Counted from the first letter of the stretch, positions 1 to 15,500 are shown. The stretch is DNA of 64,000 nt from Bugula neritina (GCA_964035545.1 OZ037765.1:22629504-22693503), one strand, 5' to 3'. A program made the numbers and translations. The notes: generated from the sequence alone by a model not told the origin.

Positions 1-717
1 TCTACATACTATATACCCACTGTAAATGCTTATTTGTCTCTAAAGCATTTTACAGTCCCAGCTCTCTCAGCAATTTCTAAAACACATTATAGTTGTACAT
101 ATACATATTATAATTATATAAACACCTAAAAGTTGCAGTTCAAATGTAAATTGAATGACCAAGCATCATATTTCTGTTTTCTATTCACCAAATATAAGCT
201 TATAATAAATATAATATTTTTGAGGGAAATATGTATATAATACAATAAAACACAATTGCTGTCTTTCCCATTTCACTTACAGAATTAGATTTTTATCAAA
301 AAACTGTTGACCATTCAAAATGTAATTTAAAAGTCTATATAAAACAATTAATCCAGTTTTAAATATACAGGTTTTTGCCTATAAGATTATTGCGACATAA
401 ATGATAAGTTTTGGGTTTTACAAAATTTGCTAACAACTATAGAACAACATAATTTTAATGTGCAAAAACACCCTAAGATGTATTGGTGATATGTCTCCCA
501 TTACAGAAACTAAGCTTATTTGACTGACCTAAAAGGTAATTGACATTAGCAAGCTAAGACTTCCTTGCCAGAAGCACCTTATAGTTTATAGTACTTTAAG
601 ATATTACCTTCACAAAAATGTCCGTGTTTCAAAAATCTAACTGATTTAAGTTCAAAGTTAATATATGCATATATGTATACTTTAAGTGTTAATATGTAGA
701 TCTAGCTAGCAGCTTTT

Positions 718-931
718 TAGAGAGCAGTTGAGGTTAGAGCGCATGGGTTAGTAAGCACAAAGTCATGGGTTCGAACCCCAGCAAAGGCCATTAGTGATGT
801 TAGGAAAAGCATTCAGTCATGATTGCTCCTGCGCCACATATGGATAAGTCCTTGGCCAGTTTTTTAAAAAAATCTTTCCACCAGGGGTTTCTCACAGGTA
901 TAGCGACTATAAACTTGAGTGAGTTTTTATA
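718..931 (+). mobile_element. tRNA-derived SINE, copy 1
   Basis: tRNA-like head (GGTTAGAGCGC...GGGTTCGAACCC, B-box), core GATGTTAGGAAAAGCATTCAG, 3' part CAGGGGTTTCTCACAG..GACTATAAACTT. Aligns by eye with 51476-51673 and 48303-48534. Degenerate flanking direct repeat TAGCTAGCAGCTT (703-715) / TAGCTAGAAGTTT (932-944). Confidence 0.8.
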
Positions 932-3831
932 TAGCTAGAAGTTTGATGCAGCCTTTGTTTAGTCACTGAAAGCTTTTATCCAGCTTTGCTCCAAGCTGCT
1001 GTTGCCTACCTCAATGTTTTGCCAGCTAAAAACTTGCCAAGTCTGATTCACCACAAACCTCATCAAATAGTGTCTATGCCAAGTTAAATTATTTTTAAGA
1101 TATTATATATTTCTCATAGAAATGCACCTTCTAATGTCTTCTATTCACCTTGCTATACACCACAAAATTTCAAGAAAGATGTTGATCACATCAGATTTCT
1201 CCTGTTGAAATAATTGTTTAAATTATTTGTTTCTTTCATGTGCCTGGTTGAGTGTGTCGCAGCTACATTGAAATAAAGAGTCTCTTGAAGTTAAATCAGC
1301 ATAATGACATATGTTGCAGCTTTTCTCATGAATTCATTGGGCTGCCACAAATACCTGCGATCAAGGTTGACAAGTGCTGCCTTTGATTCACAAATCTCAA
1401 TGTATTTTCATCTTTTGATGTCATTTACAAAAAGCATAATGATTAGATGCGCCCATAGAAGTAGAGACAGTGAGGGTATGCCAGTGCAGACAGCGTGTTG
1501 GCAGCAAGTATTGATAATAAGGTTGGCAAATGCATGCATGATGACCTAGTCTAGGTATGAAATATCACTATGCTACTAGTTTTATTACTATGTGGCATAT
1601 CTACGCATGTGGTTTTCGCAGTTTTACACTGTTTTTATAGATGCAGCGCTTATTACTTATTGCTGAATTATGTTTGGATGTTGTTTTACATACTCTCTCT
1701 CTCATAAAATGTATCATTAAATATGAAATTCTTGTGCAAAATTGCTTATGTATTTAATAATTAATTGCACCACTCTCATTTGTGTACCAAGCATATAATT
1801 AGTTGCATTACCTGCCTGAAAAGTAGATTCTTAGCACACTTACCCGATAAAAATTTTATTCTACTGTTAAGCAAAACTGGAAATATGTTATGCTAACAGT
1901 AAATTTACACAAGAAACAATTGAATAAAATATATTCTAAGGCTTCTTGATAGCAGACATTAAATATAATTTTATATACGTCTTAGATTTATGTGATGGAT
2001 TACCATAAAGTATATTTATATATATTTTATATAATAGTCGAAGTAATTACAAATTAAAAAGCTATTAAAAATAATAGATGGGACAAATAAAATTTATTTT
2101 TGAAATGGGGCAGACTGACTTGTTTTCAAACGTTTTTGATTTAAGGTTTTTATACTTCAAGATAATTGCTACAAATTAAAAAAATGTATATGTTTTGCAA
2201 ATTTTTATTAATTTCAGTATGACTCATTTTCTATAGGGATGTAAATTAATCTGTGCAAAACCTAGATTACCCTACAAGCTCAATACTTTTTTATAAAAAC
2301 TTTATTCTTATAAAAGCATAACGTATGCTTTTTAGCAAAGCATAACATTTGATTCAATAACCAACTTTTTAATCTCTTGTTTAATATTTTGCACTTTTGC
2401 ACAGCTTTTTGCATGAAAGATAATAGAGTAAAATTATCCCAAATAGAGTCAATCAGTTTATGAGATTTCATAGATTTGCTGTAAAAATATGTCAACACAT
2501 CATAAAATGTTGTCATAAAATCACAGGTTGTAGCAGAGACATGAATAGGCATAAAATATCAGAATAAACTTTTTCTACTATGAAATCCCTTTACTATAAC
2601 CATATAGTTTCGCATTGTTCACCGCGTAGTTTATATGATTAAAGCGTAGTAAAATTACTTTTACAGCGTCTATTACAGATCAGGCTACATATATTTATCA
2701 CAGGAAAAGTATTTTTCATTTCTTTTCATACATGGTTAGTTATTGAATCACTGCTACATATATGCACTAATATTATGATTTATTAATGTATTTACTGCAA
2801 TCTATATTATGTGTATAAGACTAATTGAATAATTTCTCTTGCTAATTATCATTACCACTTTAATTAATAAGCATAAATTGAGTTGTCTATGAAGTCCAGG
2901 TTTTTTTAAAACTTGATTATAATTATGTTTAAAAAGTGTTGGACACCTAATAATGTAGCTAAAAATGGATGTAGTTAAACTAATGTACAAAAACTCTATT
3001 CATGTTGATTGAAAAATCGATTCAGGTCTTGATATTTATAAATAGTAGAAAAACTATTTTCCAACCTCTACCAATAAGATAAATTACAAGAGACTAGGAG
3101 TTGCCAAAAACCCAACATATGCTGTAAGGTTGATTAACAGTTGCAACTTTCACAGCATATAGTTAGTACTGCCTGAGAAGTGAGATGACATGCTGACTGC
3201 AATACTTAATTGATGTTGCTGCCAGTGACTCACCCGGAGACTGGTTGACTGAGTAATGTATTATGAGGCCTAAATTTCAAAGATACATTGCCCCAGTTCT
3301 TTGTAAAGCCCCTTTATTGTTATTGTTTTGATGTTGCTAAGATACGCTTTGATAATTATTTTATATAATGCTGCAAGCTCTTGAGTTTCATTGGTGGAGC
3401 TGGAAGAGTGCTGAAACGCTATACCAGCTAGATATATCTACAACTATCACACTTCTACAGTATCACTTATTTCTCTAACCTCTTGCCAGAATCACAGAAC
3501 GGAATTATTATTTATAACTTGAACTTTTTGGCAATATTTTTCGATTTCTAAAGCGTTGAAATGTTTTTTCCTTATGTTTTTTGAGTTACAAGTAATTATA
3601 TTAACACATACTTTCTGGAGCAACTGTGAGTAGTGAACAGGTGGCAAGGCATTTCAACAAGTACAAACGTCTAGTTTTGTCCAGTACTTGAATTATTTTG
3701 TTCACAATATCACGACTCTGCTTAGACAATCACTTGGATATTGCACAACTACATCACCTGTAAGACTTTTATGTGATCGAAAGCTACAAGAAGTCAAAGT
3801 GGCTGCCTTACAGTTTCTACCACCTATTGAC

Positions 3832-6800
3832 ATGATGCACTACCCAGGGATTGATCCTTCGGCTCCTTATGGCTCGCACTCTCCTAATGTCACAGTCATG
3901 AACAGAGGGCCAACTGCAGCAGCCATGCAAGCAGCTGCCTGGTCACAGAACCCTACCAGCTGCCGCTACAATCCGGCAGTAGCAGCAGACTACATGGCGA
4001 ATTCGGCAGCAAGCTTTGCTGCTGACTCGGTCAATTTCTACCAGGACTCTTATAGACACCCTCTAATACCTGGTAGCTCAGCAATGCCAAGTATGTATTA
4101 CCCACCACATCCAATGTTGATGCAGAACAGAAATATAGCTGCACCAGGAGAATTAAATGTGGTAAATAGCTCTTCACCAACACCCACCAGCACAGCTCAA
4201 CCACCTGCAGAACTTGCCTCACCAACTGATAGCTTAGGCTCCAAAGGTTTGTTATATTTTACCAAGTCCGTTATACGTACATTTCACTTACATTTTTATG
4301 CCATACATGATACATGTTTGTTGTATTACTGCACTCGATATGAATACATATCCTACATATCAGTATCACGAGTGCTTTAATACAAAAGTGCTGCATATAG
4401 TACATAATTATGATATTTATCCTGTCCATTGTAATTGTTACAACTTCAATACAACACTTGCAAAGTGTAAAATGTATTTTTCAAGTACCAAAGTTGGTAA
4501 CACGAAATGTTGATCATTCAAAATTTCCGCTGAGTTAAAACATGAAGTCTATTAGTATTTCAATTTGTTTGAGTTTTAGTATTTTACTTGAAAAGAAAAA
4601 CAAGCTTTGAAGACAAGTGTCAAAAATTAATTTCATATCTAAAGCCACTAAAGCCAGTTTGAGTTTGAGTTTCATAAAAAAAGTCAACTAGTATACAGCA
4701 TTAGTACACCATACTTATAGTTATAAAAATTGCTTGGTGCCGTCCCCTACTTAAAACTTTTTCTCACTCCAGCTCATCATAGTTGAGTATCAAAACCTAA
4801 GCAGGTGGATAGCAACTTATACAAAGAATGCCTGATCCGGTCAATTCGTGGTTTCTAATTATTTATTAAGTATGGGTTTATTCTCAACATTAGCTCTTAG
4901 ATTATCTTACATGAAACACAAATCTCAGTTAAATTTGTGAGCAAGGCATGATTAGGTTTTTGTCAAAGGAGATTTTGTGTAAAAGTCGCAGTATGATTTT
5001 GCAATTGAACAAAGTTTAAAAAAATAAAATTCAAGTTCTATTTTCTGTTAAAGGAGATTGCATAATACACACCACTTCATTCAGAATTTGATTTACTGCA
5101 TGATTAAAAGCAAATCTAATGAATTTTCCAAATAGACAATAATTTTGTATATAGTTTATAGAACAATAAATTCAAGCAGGTGAACAAAGCCGGGCGGGCC
5201 TGAGAGAAATGCCTAAACTTATATATGCTACAAAGTTGCAGCATAGACTTGGGTAACCAACACAATTGCATAATGCCCCTTACTTACTACTAGTGCACAG
5301 CATTTAACTTTTATTAGATTATGTAAAGCGGCAATGATTGCATAATATTTTGGCAGTGTTTGCTATTAATCAAACATTTTTTATAATAAACAAGCAATGT
5401 CAAAGGCAGTTTGTTCATTGTACTATCTAATATACAAGTCTAGAATAGGCCAAATTAGCCAGTAAAATTGAAAAACACTAATAGCGTCTTATTAGTAAGA
5501 AGTTCACCCTGATTTTTATATCTCTTAACTGTAGATACTATCTAAACATGGATTAATTTTTTAATCTAAATTTCTTAAAACAGCTAATTGTTCTAAACTG
5601 TCAGTTAATGGGTACAGTATGGAGACAGAGTACAGCTTTGATATGCAGATAAACCACCTTGTCAGTTGTCAACTTATGACTGAGCATGCCTGCCTGCCCT
5701 TCTATTTAACAACAACCATTAGTTAGTTCTTGTAAGAGGGAGGGAGACGAAGCTACTTCCGGAATTAGTTAGGACTTATGTTCTCATCAATATCATTTCT
5801 TAGATTTTGCTTTCAAATAAAGCATGCAGTTTAATTAGTTTAGTTCTGTTATAGTATGTTAAATTTGGCACTCTAATTTCATAATTGCATAAGTCCTGAA
5901 ATGTTTTGAAGATTTCAACAACTCTCTTTGGTTTTGAAACGTTGAGTCAGCTCAGCTACGTTAAGCTTTTCCAGCACAACTAGCTACATTGCTTACTAAA
6001 TTGATCAGATCAGATCATGTTTTGTCAAGTCATATTGATTACAGTGACAATAAAACATAAATTAAAATTTAAATTTATCTTTCAATAACTTCAGAATTGA
6101 TATTTTTATGATACTTTTTTTCTTATTGATAAGATGGTTGTGCCAGAAAACTGTTTTACTGCAGTAACTTTTACATTAACTATATAGCCAACAAAAATAT
6201 TACGCAGACAAAATTTAATTATGTTCATCTATGTAACTTAGACATAATATGGCAATTTAACCACTTATTAGACATATCACTATTAAATATATTAGCATTC
6301 TTATAATCTACTTTTCAATAATTTATACTTTTATTCAACTTCTCACCAAGCTAAAAGACAATAAATACTTTAATGAATTTGAAAAGTGCTCTGGTAATTG
6401 GTAAGCTGTTATTAAGTAGGATGCAAACACATCTCGGAAGGTCTCATTGCACCGGAAGTTAACTTGATATTATATCGCTGTAATTTGCTAATAGACACTA
6501 AGTAATATTTTTAATGAATGATACTTTATATAAATAATTTCTAAAGAATAAAAATAATGCTGTCTTTGCTAGCACCTGTGATGAATAGCAATTTTATGGC
6601 ATTAAGTTGATGATTGTCATTAATAGTTTCCCCGAATATAAGTAAGATAAATTATTAGGATTAATAAAACTTGTTATTTACTCAATATTTATAGGCCTAC
6701 ATTAGATTCTTGTGCTGAATTCTCAGCTTTCACATTTTGAATTGAAGTATGTACACTTTTCAAAAAGTTTTGCGGGACTTGTGTTCGGCTATACAGATAT

Positions 6801-7293
6801 GTAAATAGTTTACAAACTTGTTTAGCAGAGTGCAAGAGAAGTTCCCAGCTTCTATAGAGCTTATGGGTGTACTCAATGTTTTGATTATTATTATACTTTT
6901 GTAGAAGCTGAAAACAGCTCTACTGGGACAAATGGCTCAGGTTCTTCTAGAAAAAAGCGGAAGCCCTATACTCGCTATCAAACTATGGTACTAGAAACAG
7001 AATTTATCAACAACTCGTATATAACACGACAGAAAAGATGGGAAATCTCATGTAGACTACGATTAACTGAAAGACAAGTGAAAGTTTGGTTTCAAAATAG
7101 ACGGATGAAGCGCAAAAAGTTGAATGATAGAGCTAAAAATGCTCAATTGGCTGTTCAACACACACCATCCTTGGCTCATCACGTGACAGTTGCCCTACCA
7201 TATCATCATAGTGGGCAGGCTTTACAGTGCCATGGTAACAATGAAGGTGCTACTGCAGCAGCATTAGGTCTTTGTTATGCTAAATCTAGTTGA
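3832..7293 (+). CDS. Post2: Posterior Hox protein Post2; join(3832..4246,6905..7293), ~267 aa
   Basis: Homeodomain [58 protein letters not shown] is diagnostic of spiralian Post2. Donor AAG|GTTTGT after 4246 and acceptor TTTTGTAG| before 6905 are both phase 1 and join in frame. Exon 1 is Pro/Ala/Tyr/Ser-rich. Start ATG less certain (possible 5'UTR intron ending at 3813). AATAAA at 7819-7824. Confidence 0.93.
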
Positions 7294-10200
7294 CATCCTA
7301 GCTTCACGTGATGTCATATACTTGTATAATTGCTCTCGACACCAGTTCTCTCTACTCCAGAACTATGTACACAATAGGCTGCCAGGTTTAGGCCGCCAGG
7401 TCTAATCTGTTTTGCTCATTTTTCTATTCAGAGATGATGAGTCATTGCTCAACTTGTGAATGAAGAAAAACAAAGTCTTTTTGTTTAGTAGACTATGACT
7501 GCATTTGAGTAAAAACTACGCCTAATGAAACTTTAAAACTATGCTGTTCATCTTAATTTTAGCATGGCACATGCAGCTATTGTAGAACTTTAAAATATTA
7601 AGCAAAAGAAACCCATGCATGTCTAATGTGAACGAACATACCACAATGATATTACTGCAGATTTACAATTTTAACTATAAGCTTTATATATTTAATTTAT
7701 TTTATTGTAAAAATGTACAAATTAATATGTTTATCGTTTAGGTTGTAATACATGATCTATATAGAAATGTGTGTTATTCAGTGTTATTTTTTGCTTTTGC
7801 TGACTAAAATATATTGATAATAAATCAGGTAAAGGTATTGTCTGCTGCATAACTTTCCATGAATTATAAATATTTTTAAATTATCTAGATTGGGTAGTTT
7901 TGAAAGATAGGTCTGCACAACAAGCTATTGTTAATTGTTGGCTCAAAATATTACAGGTCAATTATAAACATTATAAGCAACAGAATGACATATAGCTCAA
8001 GCCAGATAATGAGAATTTCATCATTTTATATGATCAACTAAAGCTTAGGCTTGAGTGCAAATTAATTGTTGCCCATTTTATAACATTTTACAAAACATGC
8101 ACACCCAGAGCTGCAGCATGTTTAAAGAATATTTAAATTTAACTTTGTTAAAACATGTTTTATTTGCTACTGCATTATATTATAAAGGTTGCCAATTGTG
8201 ACTTCTCTAAAACCAACGCATCAATTGCTCCAGTTTTAAATAAACGCGCAGGTGAAAAAAGTTGAATTATTAGCATTGGATAAAAGTTTATAACTTGACT
8301 TTCAAAAAAAGATAGAAAAAAGCTTGCATTTGTTCAGATAAAAGTTGAAGTATTATTCTCTACTTATGGAACTATTTTTAAGCAACACAATTCAACTCTA
8401 CGATCTAGAAAAGAGTATTTGAAGTTTGCAGGTTTCAATCCATACAGCCAATTAACTGCATTAATATTATTTAAAATTGACCTATAATTGTATTGTTTAT
8501 TTAAAGGATATAAATAATTTAACTTCATTAAGCTATACAGCAGCGTGGATGTCATTTATAACACGTAGGCTGAGGATTAATATACTCACTATGATTTTGG
8601 CTAAAAGTCCTTTAACAACAGTTTATGTGTATTAGATTTTAAACTATACTTTCACTCATTTCTATTATTAATAATGTTTTATTCTAAAAGGTTATAATAT
8701 TTGGGTAGTGATTGTTAATTAACATCGAGGCATTGTTTTTAAAAAAAGGTTGAAGGTTATTTTTATATAACCAATAATAACAAGTAATTGCAATAACATA
8801 TTTTTAGCTTACTAGGCTGTTCATAATTATTGTATGTTTATTGCAACGTATAGTAACTATGCAATTATTCATTATGTGGAAATTATATATTTTATGTCTT
8901 GTACAGTATAAAAAATGTTGCTCTATAGACCTGCAACCAGTTCTTTCTTAGTCCACCCAAGGCCTCGAAATAGTCTTGTGTTTTATAAATATGATAATAT
9001 TTTTCGAGCGGTTTGGTTGTTATAGCCATTTATACTACTTTGTTTCGTTGGGCAAATACTAAAATTTCAAGAGAAATTATTTGGTATTTTACATGCAGTA
9101 TAGCAGCTCATATGAAATATGATTATGATGCATTTTATCCATGTTTCTTGGTAGTTAGGTTTTGATTGTTTTGCCCAGTTTTGTAACATTTGCCACAAAG
9201 TAATCTGATATCTGTTGAGATTGCTTCCTTCAATTAACTACTTCTTTGTAGATTGATCTTGAAGCAATTTTAGTAGTGTACTGGGAAATATCTAAAATGG
9301 GAGACAAATGTAATTTGAGATGTGAAATGTTTGACAACAATTTAACTTCAGAAATCTTGCAAGCTTGTGGTAAGAATGTATTATAGTTAGGGTAAGAAAA
9401 TAGTTAATAAGTTGTTGAAAAGTTATTAAAAAGAGTTTAAGCTGAAATGTAAAAGTGACTTAAACACCGTTAGCCAATAATATCTTAGATTATTATAGAT
9501 GCTAAAACATTCAGTAGAATGTAATAAAGAGCATTCTTAACACCAAGTGTTATTACACACCCAAACCACAGCAGCAGGTGAGTAGCTCAACATCTGCACC
9601 TAACCGTTAATACTGTAACAAATACAACCAGCTCGACCAGTACCACCAGGTCTCAACTCATATCTACGGATTTAGACTACAGAGAAAGATTAAATGATTT
9701 ACCAGTGATTATCAGTTCGCAGACACGGTGGCTATAAACGAGTAGAGATAGACTAGCAAGTAACAGTTTACATACTTTATGTTCACCAACACCTTTATTA
9801 AACCTCAACAAATCATTATCACATTTATGAGAAAAGATACTGAGAATATTTTTATAATCAGCAAGATTATATGAACTCTCGTCTATTTTCTTAAAAAAAC
9901 GGCTCAGCTTATCTTCAGACATAATCCAATAAAAGGTAGTAAATCCCAATAATTTTAGAACCTTACAAATTAAAGCTCTATAAAGAAGTGCTGCATATTT
10001 TAGGACATTGGCAGCAATGCTGTGCTTATATTTGTATACTTATTCGGTATGAAACTCAAATGCATCCGTTATTAATATGCTTATGTATTTTAAATAAATC
10101 ATCATCATAAACTTCATCATTATCTAAAAATAATAATTTCATCTTTTTAAATATTGTAACATTTTGCCTATAAAGGCACCTACATTTGCTGATATTGAAA

Positions 10201-11361
10201 TTAGATTTATGGCTAATCTTTATTTAACAATATGTCATAATGATAGTCAAGTGCAAATTTTCAAAAATTAAAGAAAGTTACCTTCTGCAAAGTTTTTTGT
10301 ATGCTTTGGCTAAAAAATGCAATTTTAAATTTTTAATTTAAAAGTTTTAATCAAGATCTTTTGTGTTTTTACATTAATCTGTAGCACTTGTTGGTTGCAT
10401 TTATTCATACAGATCAAATTTTCAGCCTTGTTATATGTTTATCTGTTATCTATGACTGTAAGAAAATTTTCTTCAGGCCAATAATAGTTCTCCTGTCCAA
10501 AACCTTGGGAAATACTCTGTTACAACAAAATACTACATTTACCAACAAGCTACAAGAGTGTAACTCATTGTTTCCAGTAAAATTAAAGAAGGTAGTAATA
10601 AGAAAATATATATAGATCTAAAGTACGCTTATAAACAGTTCTAAAGGAAAAGGATATAAACATTTTTTGAGGTTTTGGACTAAAATAAAGCAAGAAAAAT
10701 AACAGCCCTTCTACTCACAGATTACAATTAATTATCACTTATATAAGTTGGAATGATTGCAATAATTGGCCGTGGTAATAATGCTGCTTATAAGTTTACT
10801 TTGTGGCCAAGTCAATCATGGCAGTTGACTGTCTGCTGACAAGCCTTTGAAGAATAAGGTACTTACCGCTGGAGCTGTTAGTGAAAATAAGGTAACAGAC
10901 AGGTCAGCTAGGCAGATGGTAGAAGATAACTGCAGGCGCATGATTTGCTCATTACGAGGTTAGTCAGTTCAAATCACCTATCAGCCCAGACTTTATGTCT
11001 CCGGTATTGGCAGCAGCCTCCATATGAGGTGTGAGCAGAATTTCACAAATAAAGTTTGTGGTCTTTTAAAGGTACGATGAACCTCGTTTTCAAATACCAC
11101 AAATTTAAGTAATATTGTATGTAGTCTCAGTTGTGGTAAATATGGTGGCAAACAAAGGCATTTCTCTAAAATATGAAGACATAATATGTCGAAACTCAAC
11201 ACTGAAGGCATTTTAGTCACTTACTTAGCCTTGAATATAAATTGGGTTATATAATGCAATAAGGCTACACAGCATTGAGCTGTTACAGTCATTATATCAA
11301 TTAGCTGCAAGGTCAAAATGTTTGAGTCATAATTATTGTAGTTGTTAATAATAGTTAAGAA

Positions 11362-11481
<120 letters not shown>

Positions 11482-11489
11482 TATTAATG

Positions 11490-11564
11490 ATTTTATTTCC
11501 CACTACAGCTTCGTAATTGCTACACTAAAAACTTTGTGCTGCTATGCTATATATATAAATATAA

Positions 11565-11606
<42 letters not shown>

Positions 11607-11663
11607 CATAGCAGCACAAAGTTTTTAGTGTAGCAATTACGAAGCTGTAGTGGGAAATAAAAT
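11490..11663. repeat. Perfect inverted repeat, ~68-bp arms around a TA-rich spacer
   Basis: ATTTTATTTCCCACTACAGCTTCGTAATTGCTACACTAAAAACTTTGTGCTGCTATGCTATATATATA (11490-11557) is the exact reverse complement of ~11596-11663. Confidence 0.95.
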
Positions 11664-12565
11664 TATTTATATCTACATTAAAGGGAAATTTAATATTGGT
11701 TTGAAGCTTATTTCATGCAGAAAATTTTGCTCACCTTCACCTTTCAAGCTGTATTTTTTTGTAAAGCCTGTGATAAAAGGTAGAACAATCTCAATAACAA
11801 AGTAACTCGCTCACCCAGAAAATTCATGTTGAACAAATCTCAACACCGTTGCATATACATGCAAGAACTGTTTAAGCTTTGCTATCAGTGATTTACTTTA
11901 GAATATCAGCAACTTTCATCACGATGAGCTATCTACCCAACATGTCCCACTTGTAGAGTAAATTTAATTTTAAAAATTGAGTTGCTATTCCTGAAATTAG
12001 TTTCAATTATTTTCCAACAATGTCTCAAAGACTATGTTATAGTTTCTTTTCAAAGACCTCAAACATATTTATTGATTCAAGCTTTGTTTATTAATAATTA
12101 ATTTAAAATTATACAATGCATTATTACTGTGTATTCTGAATATACACAAAGTCCGTTTTGAGTCACATAAACCCTTTATTTTCTGATGACTTACATTTGA
12201 TACAGTTAGGATAGAATATAAACTAATGGCCAATAAGTTTTTTAAATAGTCACACTAAAAAAATCATTTACCAAACACCTTTCATGAAACTAAAGAACAA
12301 AACTCCACTTTTACAGAGTTGGTTTGATTAGCAGTAGCTACTACAAACAATGAATTGAAATTATAGTCATATAGTTGTATTTAAATGGCTACAAAGTTCA
12401 TTACATAAACGCAATATAAATATGAACGAGAGGTAATAACTCCTACTTCAGTAAATCAATAATAGGTTGATTATAAATGTAACACAGGTAACTGAACAAT
12501 TCCTTGAACAGAGCACAAAGTAATATAATTTAGAACAACATAGCTTAATAAAATGACGAATTTCG

Positions 12566-15500
12566 TCATCCGGTGTACAAATCTTTTGGCTTCTCTGGAA
12601 GCGCTGGTTGACTTTCTATAGTCTCTGAAACCAAAGACATAATCCTGGATTTCAAACGAATGCTATCAAGTTGAGAGAGCTGACGGAAGATAGGTGGTAA
12701 CTGCATTGCGAAATGGTAATGTTCGTCCTCAATTTCTCTCGGCTTTGACACACACTTCACAACGTCTGCTATTAAAGAGAGTGATTGCACAACTCCCTCT
12801 GGTGTTGGAATACTCTGATCCTGAGTGTTGAGTTCTATTGGGGGCACACTAGAGGTTATGTTATCTGAATGTTGAGTGGGTTGACTAGGAGAAGCAAGAG
12901 TGGCAGGTGAAGGGAAACACGAAAGCTGTGCTGAGGATGCGGGTGAAAGGGATAAAGGAGGCAATGAGTCATCCATAACGGGAGAAGATGGAGATCTCCT
13001 AATTGTAAAGCTGGCTTTTCTCCTGAAACAATATTTATATGATTAATTATATTAAGTTTGTTTTTTCATAGACTAGTGCCTTCAAAAATATTATTCAAAA
13101 CTCAATTGATAAACTCAATTAAAATTTTAAAATATTAGTCATCACATCAGCTTATTTTTTATCATAAGTTTTCTCCCTCAAGTACCATAATAATTGCAGT
13201 GTCTGTCTCAATTTTTCATGTTGTGAAAAGGCAAAAAAAACAAAAAGTTTTTAAAAATACTCCAGTTAAAATAGTCTTGAATCTTCTATAATATAAACTT
13301 CCTACAACTAAGTATAAATGTTACAACATTTTATGCTAAGTCTGTTAATATTTTACTATGAATCACATGAAGTTATTTATTAATTTAGTTTTCTCAAAGT
13401 CTATAATTACGCATGACAATCACCCATATAAAATGCTTCTTTCCATGTATAAGCAAAATATACTGTCTATAAATACATAAATAAAATATTATAAACAACA
13501 AGTCAAACTTTTCGACTCAAAATAACATATTAAGATGTATAGTATTTGGTCAGTCTTAGTTGCAGTTAATTTTTAAACGATGTAGATGTAGATGTAACAA
13601 CAACTGCTGATATGTCAGAAGGAAACTGTAAATTATGAGCTGTACGCAAAGTTTTAATTTTTCAACAAAAAACATCATGTTTCACTATGGGGGAATAACT
13701 CTGCAATACTGATCCATAACTAAAGAGAGAACAAAATTAGTACACTACCTAGTTAACTTTGGGCAGTAGCGACTATACCACTGCATGTTCTCCCAATATG
13801 GCCAGCTGGGAGTGGTCATTTTAATTTCACTTCTTCGGTTTCTTAACATTGTCCGTTTGACGGCAGTAAAGCGATCTCGTAAAGATCGCCATCGCTCTGG
13901 ACAGGGAGTTTCTAAAATTTGTCAATACTAGTTTTAGTTAGCATGCAAATAATTTTGTAAAAAAATTAATACTTGCTATGAATATGTTAAGAGACAAATT
14001 TACATTTGCTGAAATTCTGAATAATGAAAAGACATGATTAAATAAAATAGTACTTTTTACATTTAAATTTAAATAAATAACCGAACCCAAGTTATAAATG
14101 ACTGAAAGCTTCATTAAAAGTCAAAACTAAAAGCTCTAATTAATGCTTGTAGTGATGGAAATAAATAAAATTAAAACTTAAGACCTAAAGTTACTTACAA
14201 TCAGCAAAATTAAAATGATAAAATATTCCAGTGGTATACTCATAGACACATAATGGTACAAAAACAAAATATGAACGAAAATAAAGGTACAGTAAAGCTA
14301 AGAGCTTCTCCCCTCACTTCATAAGAAATGTGGGATACAAAATCAATATAAATATGAACTATGTTGCTAGCATAGAAAATGTTGAGCTGCTGATATCATG
14401 AATAAAACACAGTCCTTAAAACATATTTACACACTAAACTGTGAAAATTACAGTTACGTATTACACATCTGTGTACTAAACATTATAGTTAAGCAAGTGG
14501 ATTACACATTTTTACTAGTTTAGATGACAAAAGAGTGTTTAAAGTAGAATGTGTCCGATAAAATTAAAGTGTTTTACATGATTCACCAGCTTTTTCTTGT
14601 ACTAAGCACAAAAAACTTAAGTTATCATGCTGGTTTTGTCATCAAAAATAAACAGCTAGTAAAATATAACAAAATAAATGCTTTAGTACAACAATTCATA
14701 TGATTCCTACTATAAAATAATGAGTAACTTTGTTAACTAAAATAGTTTAATGGTATAAAATAAAAGTAATCATAATGACCAGCTGAAACCTAGATAAGGA
14801 ATAACCTATGGTATAAATAGAGTAGAAGTAGAGTTGAAAAAGTTTTAATAATGCTAGCAAATAATAGTAGTATTAAAATATTGATATTTGTAAAACAAAG
14901 TCATCGTACTCTAAATTACAGCAATAGTTAACTACTCAAGTAAAATAAAAATATATAATTTTCCACCCAACATTTATAATGCGTCCCGATTAAAGCACTA
15001 AAATATGCATATATTGAAGTTCATGAGACAGCGGAAGCTATAACTATCATTATGATAACGATGATGTTGACAATTATGATTTATCTACTTCTAGCAATAG
15101 GTATTATCATCAATTGACTAAACTATTTTTTATAAATAACTAAAATAAAATTACAAAACAAAATAACTCACATAAAATTACATAATAAATATGAAGAGAG
15201 CGCAATCACACATCAGTCATTACATCAAAATAATGTATAATAATTAGTATAAATATCATTTACTGTTTAAAATATATTTATATAATCATATTTATAGTGA
15301 TAGTCATACATATATAATATTTTTTGCATTATGACTACCAAGCAGAATGAGTGTAAGTTTCCTTCAATAAAAACATAAATTATTAAATAATATTATCATT
15401 AAATATTAATAACTAAATATATATTATGATAATAAAAATAACAGTTTGTAACTTAGGTAAAGCTAATAAAACTAAACGAGTAATTCACTTAATTAGCTAA

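Noticed and set aside
730-785. tRNA-like sequences (also 48303 and 51476)
   Set aside because: No complete cloverleaf; they continue into a shared SINE body.
960-1550. Possible minus-strand two-exon gene remnant
   Set aside because: Joined frame has an upstream stop and no ATG; no homology recognisable.
3688-3831. ORF-track N-terminal extension of Post2 exon 1
   Set aside because: Begins at TTG rather than ATG; probably 5'UTR or intron sequence.
8364-9949. Short minus-strand ORFs downstream of Post2
   Set aside because: No domain similarity and no consistent splice chain; expected by chance.
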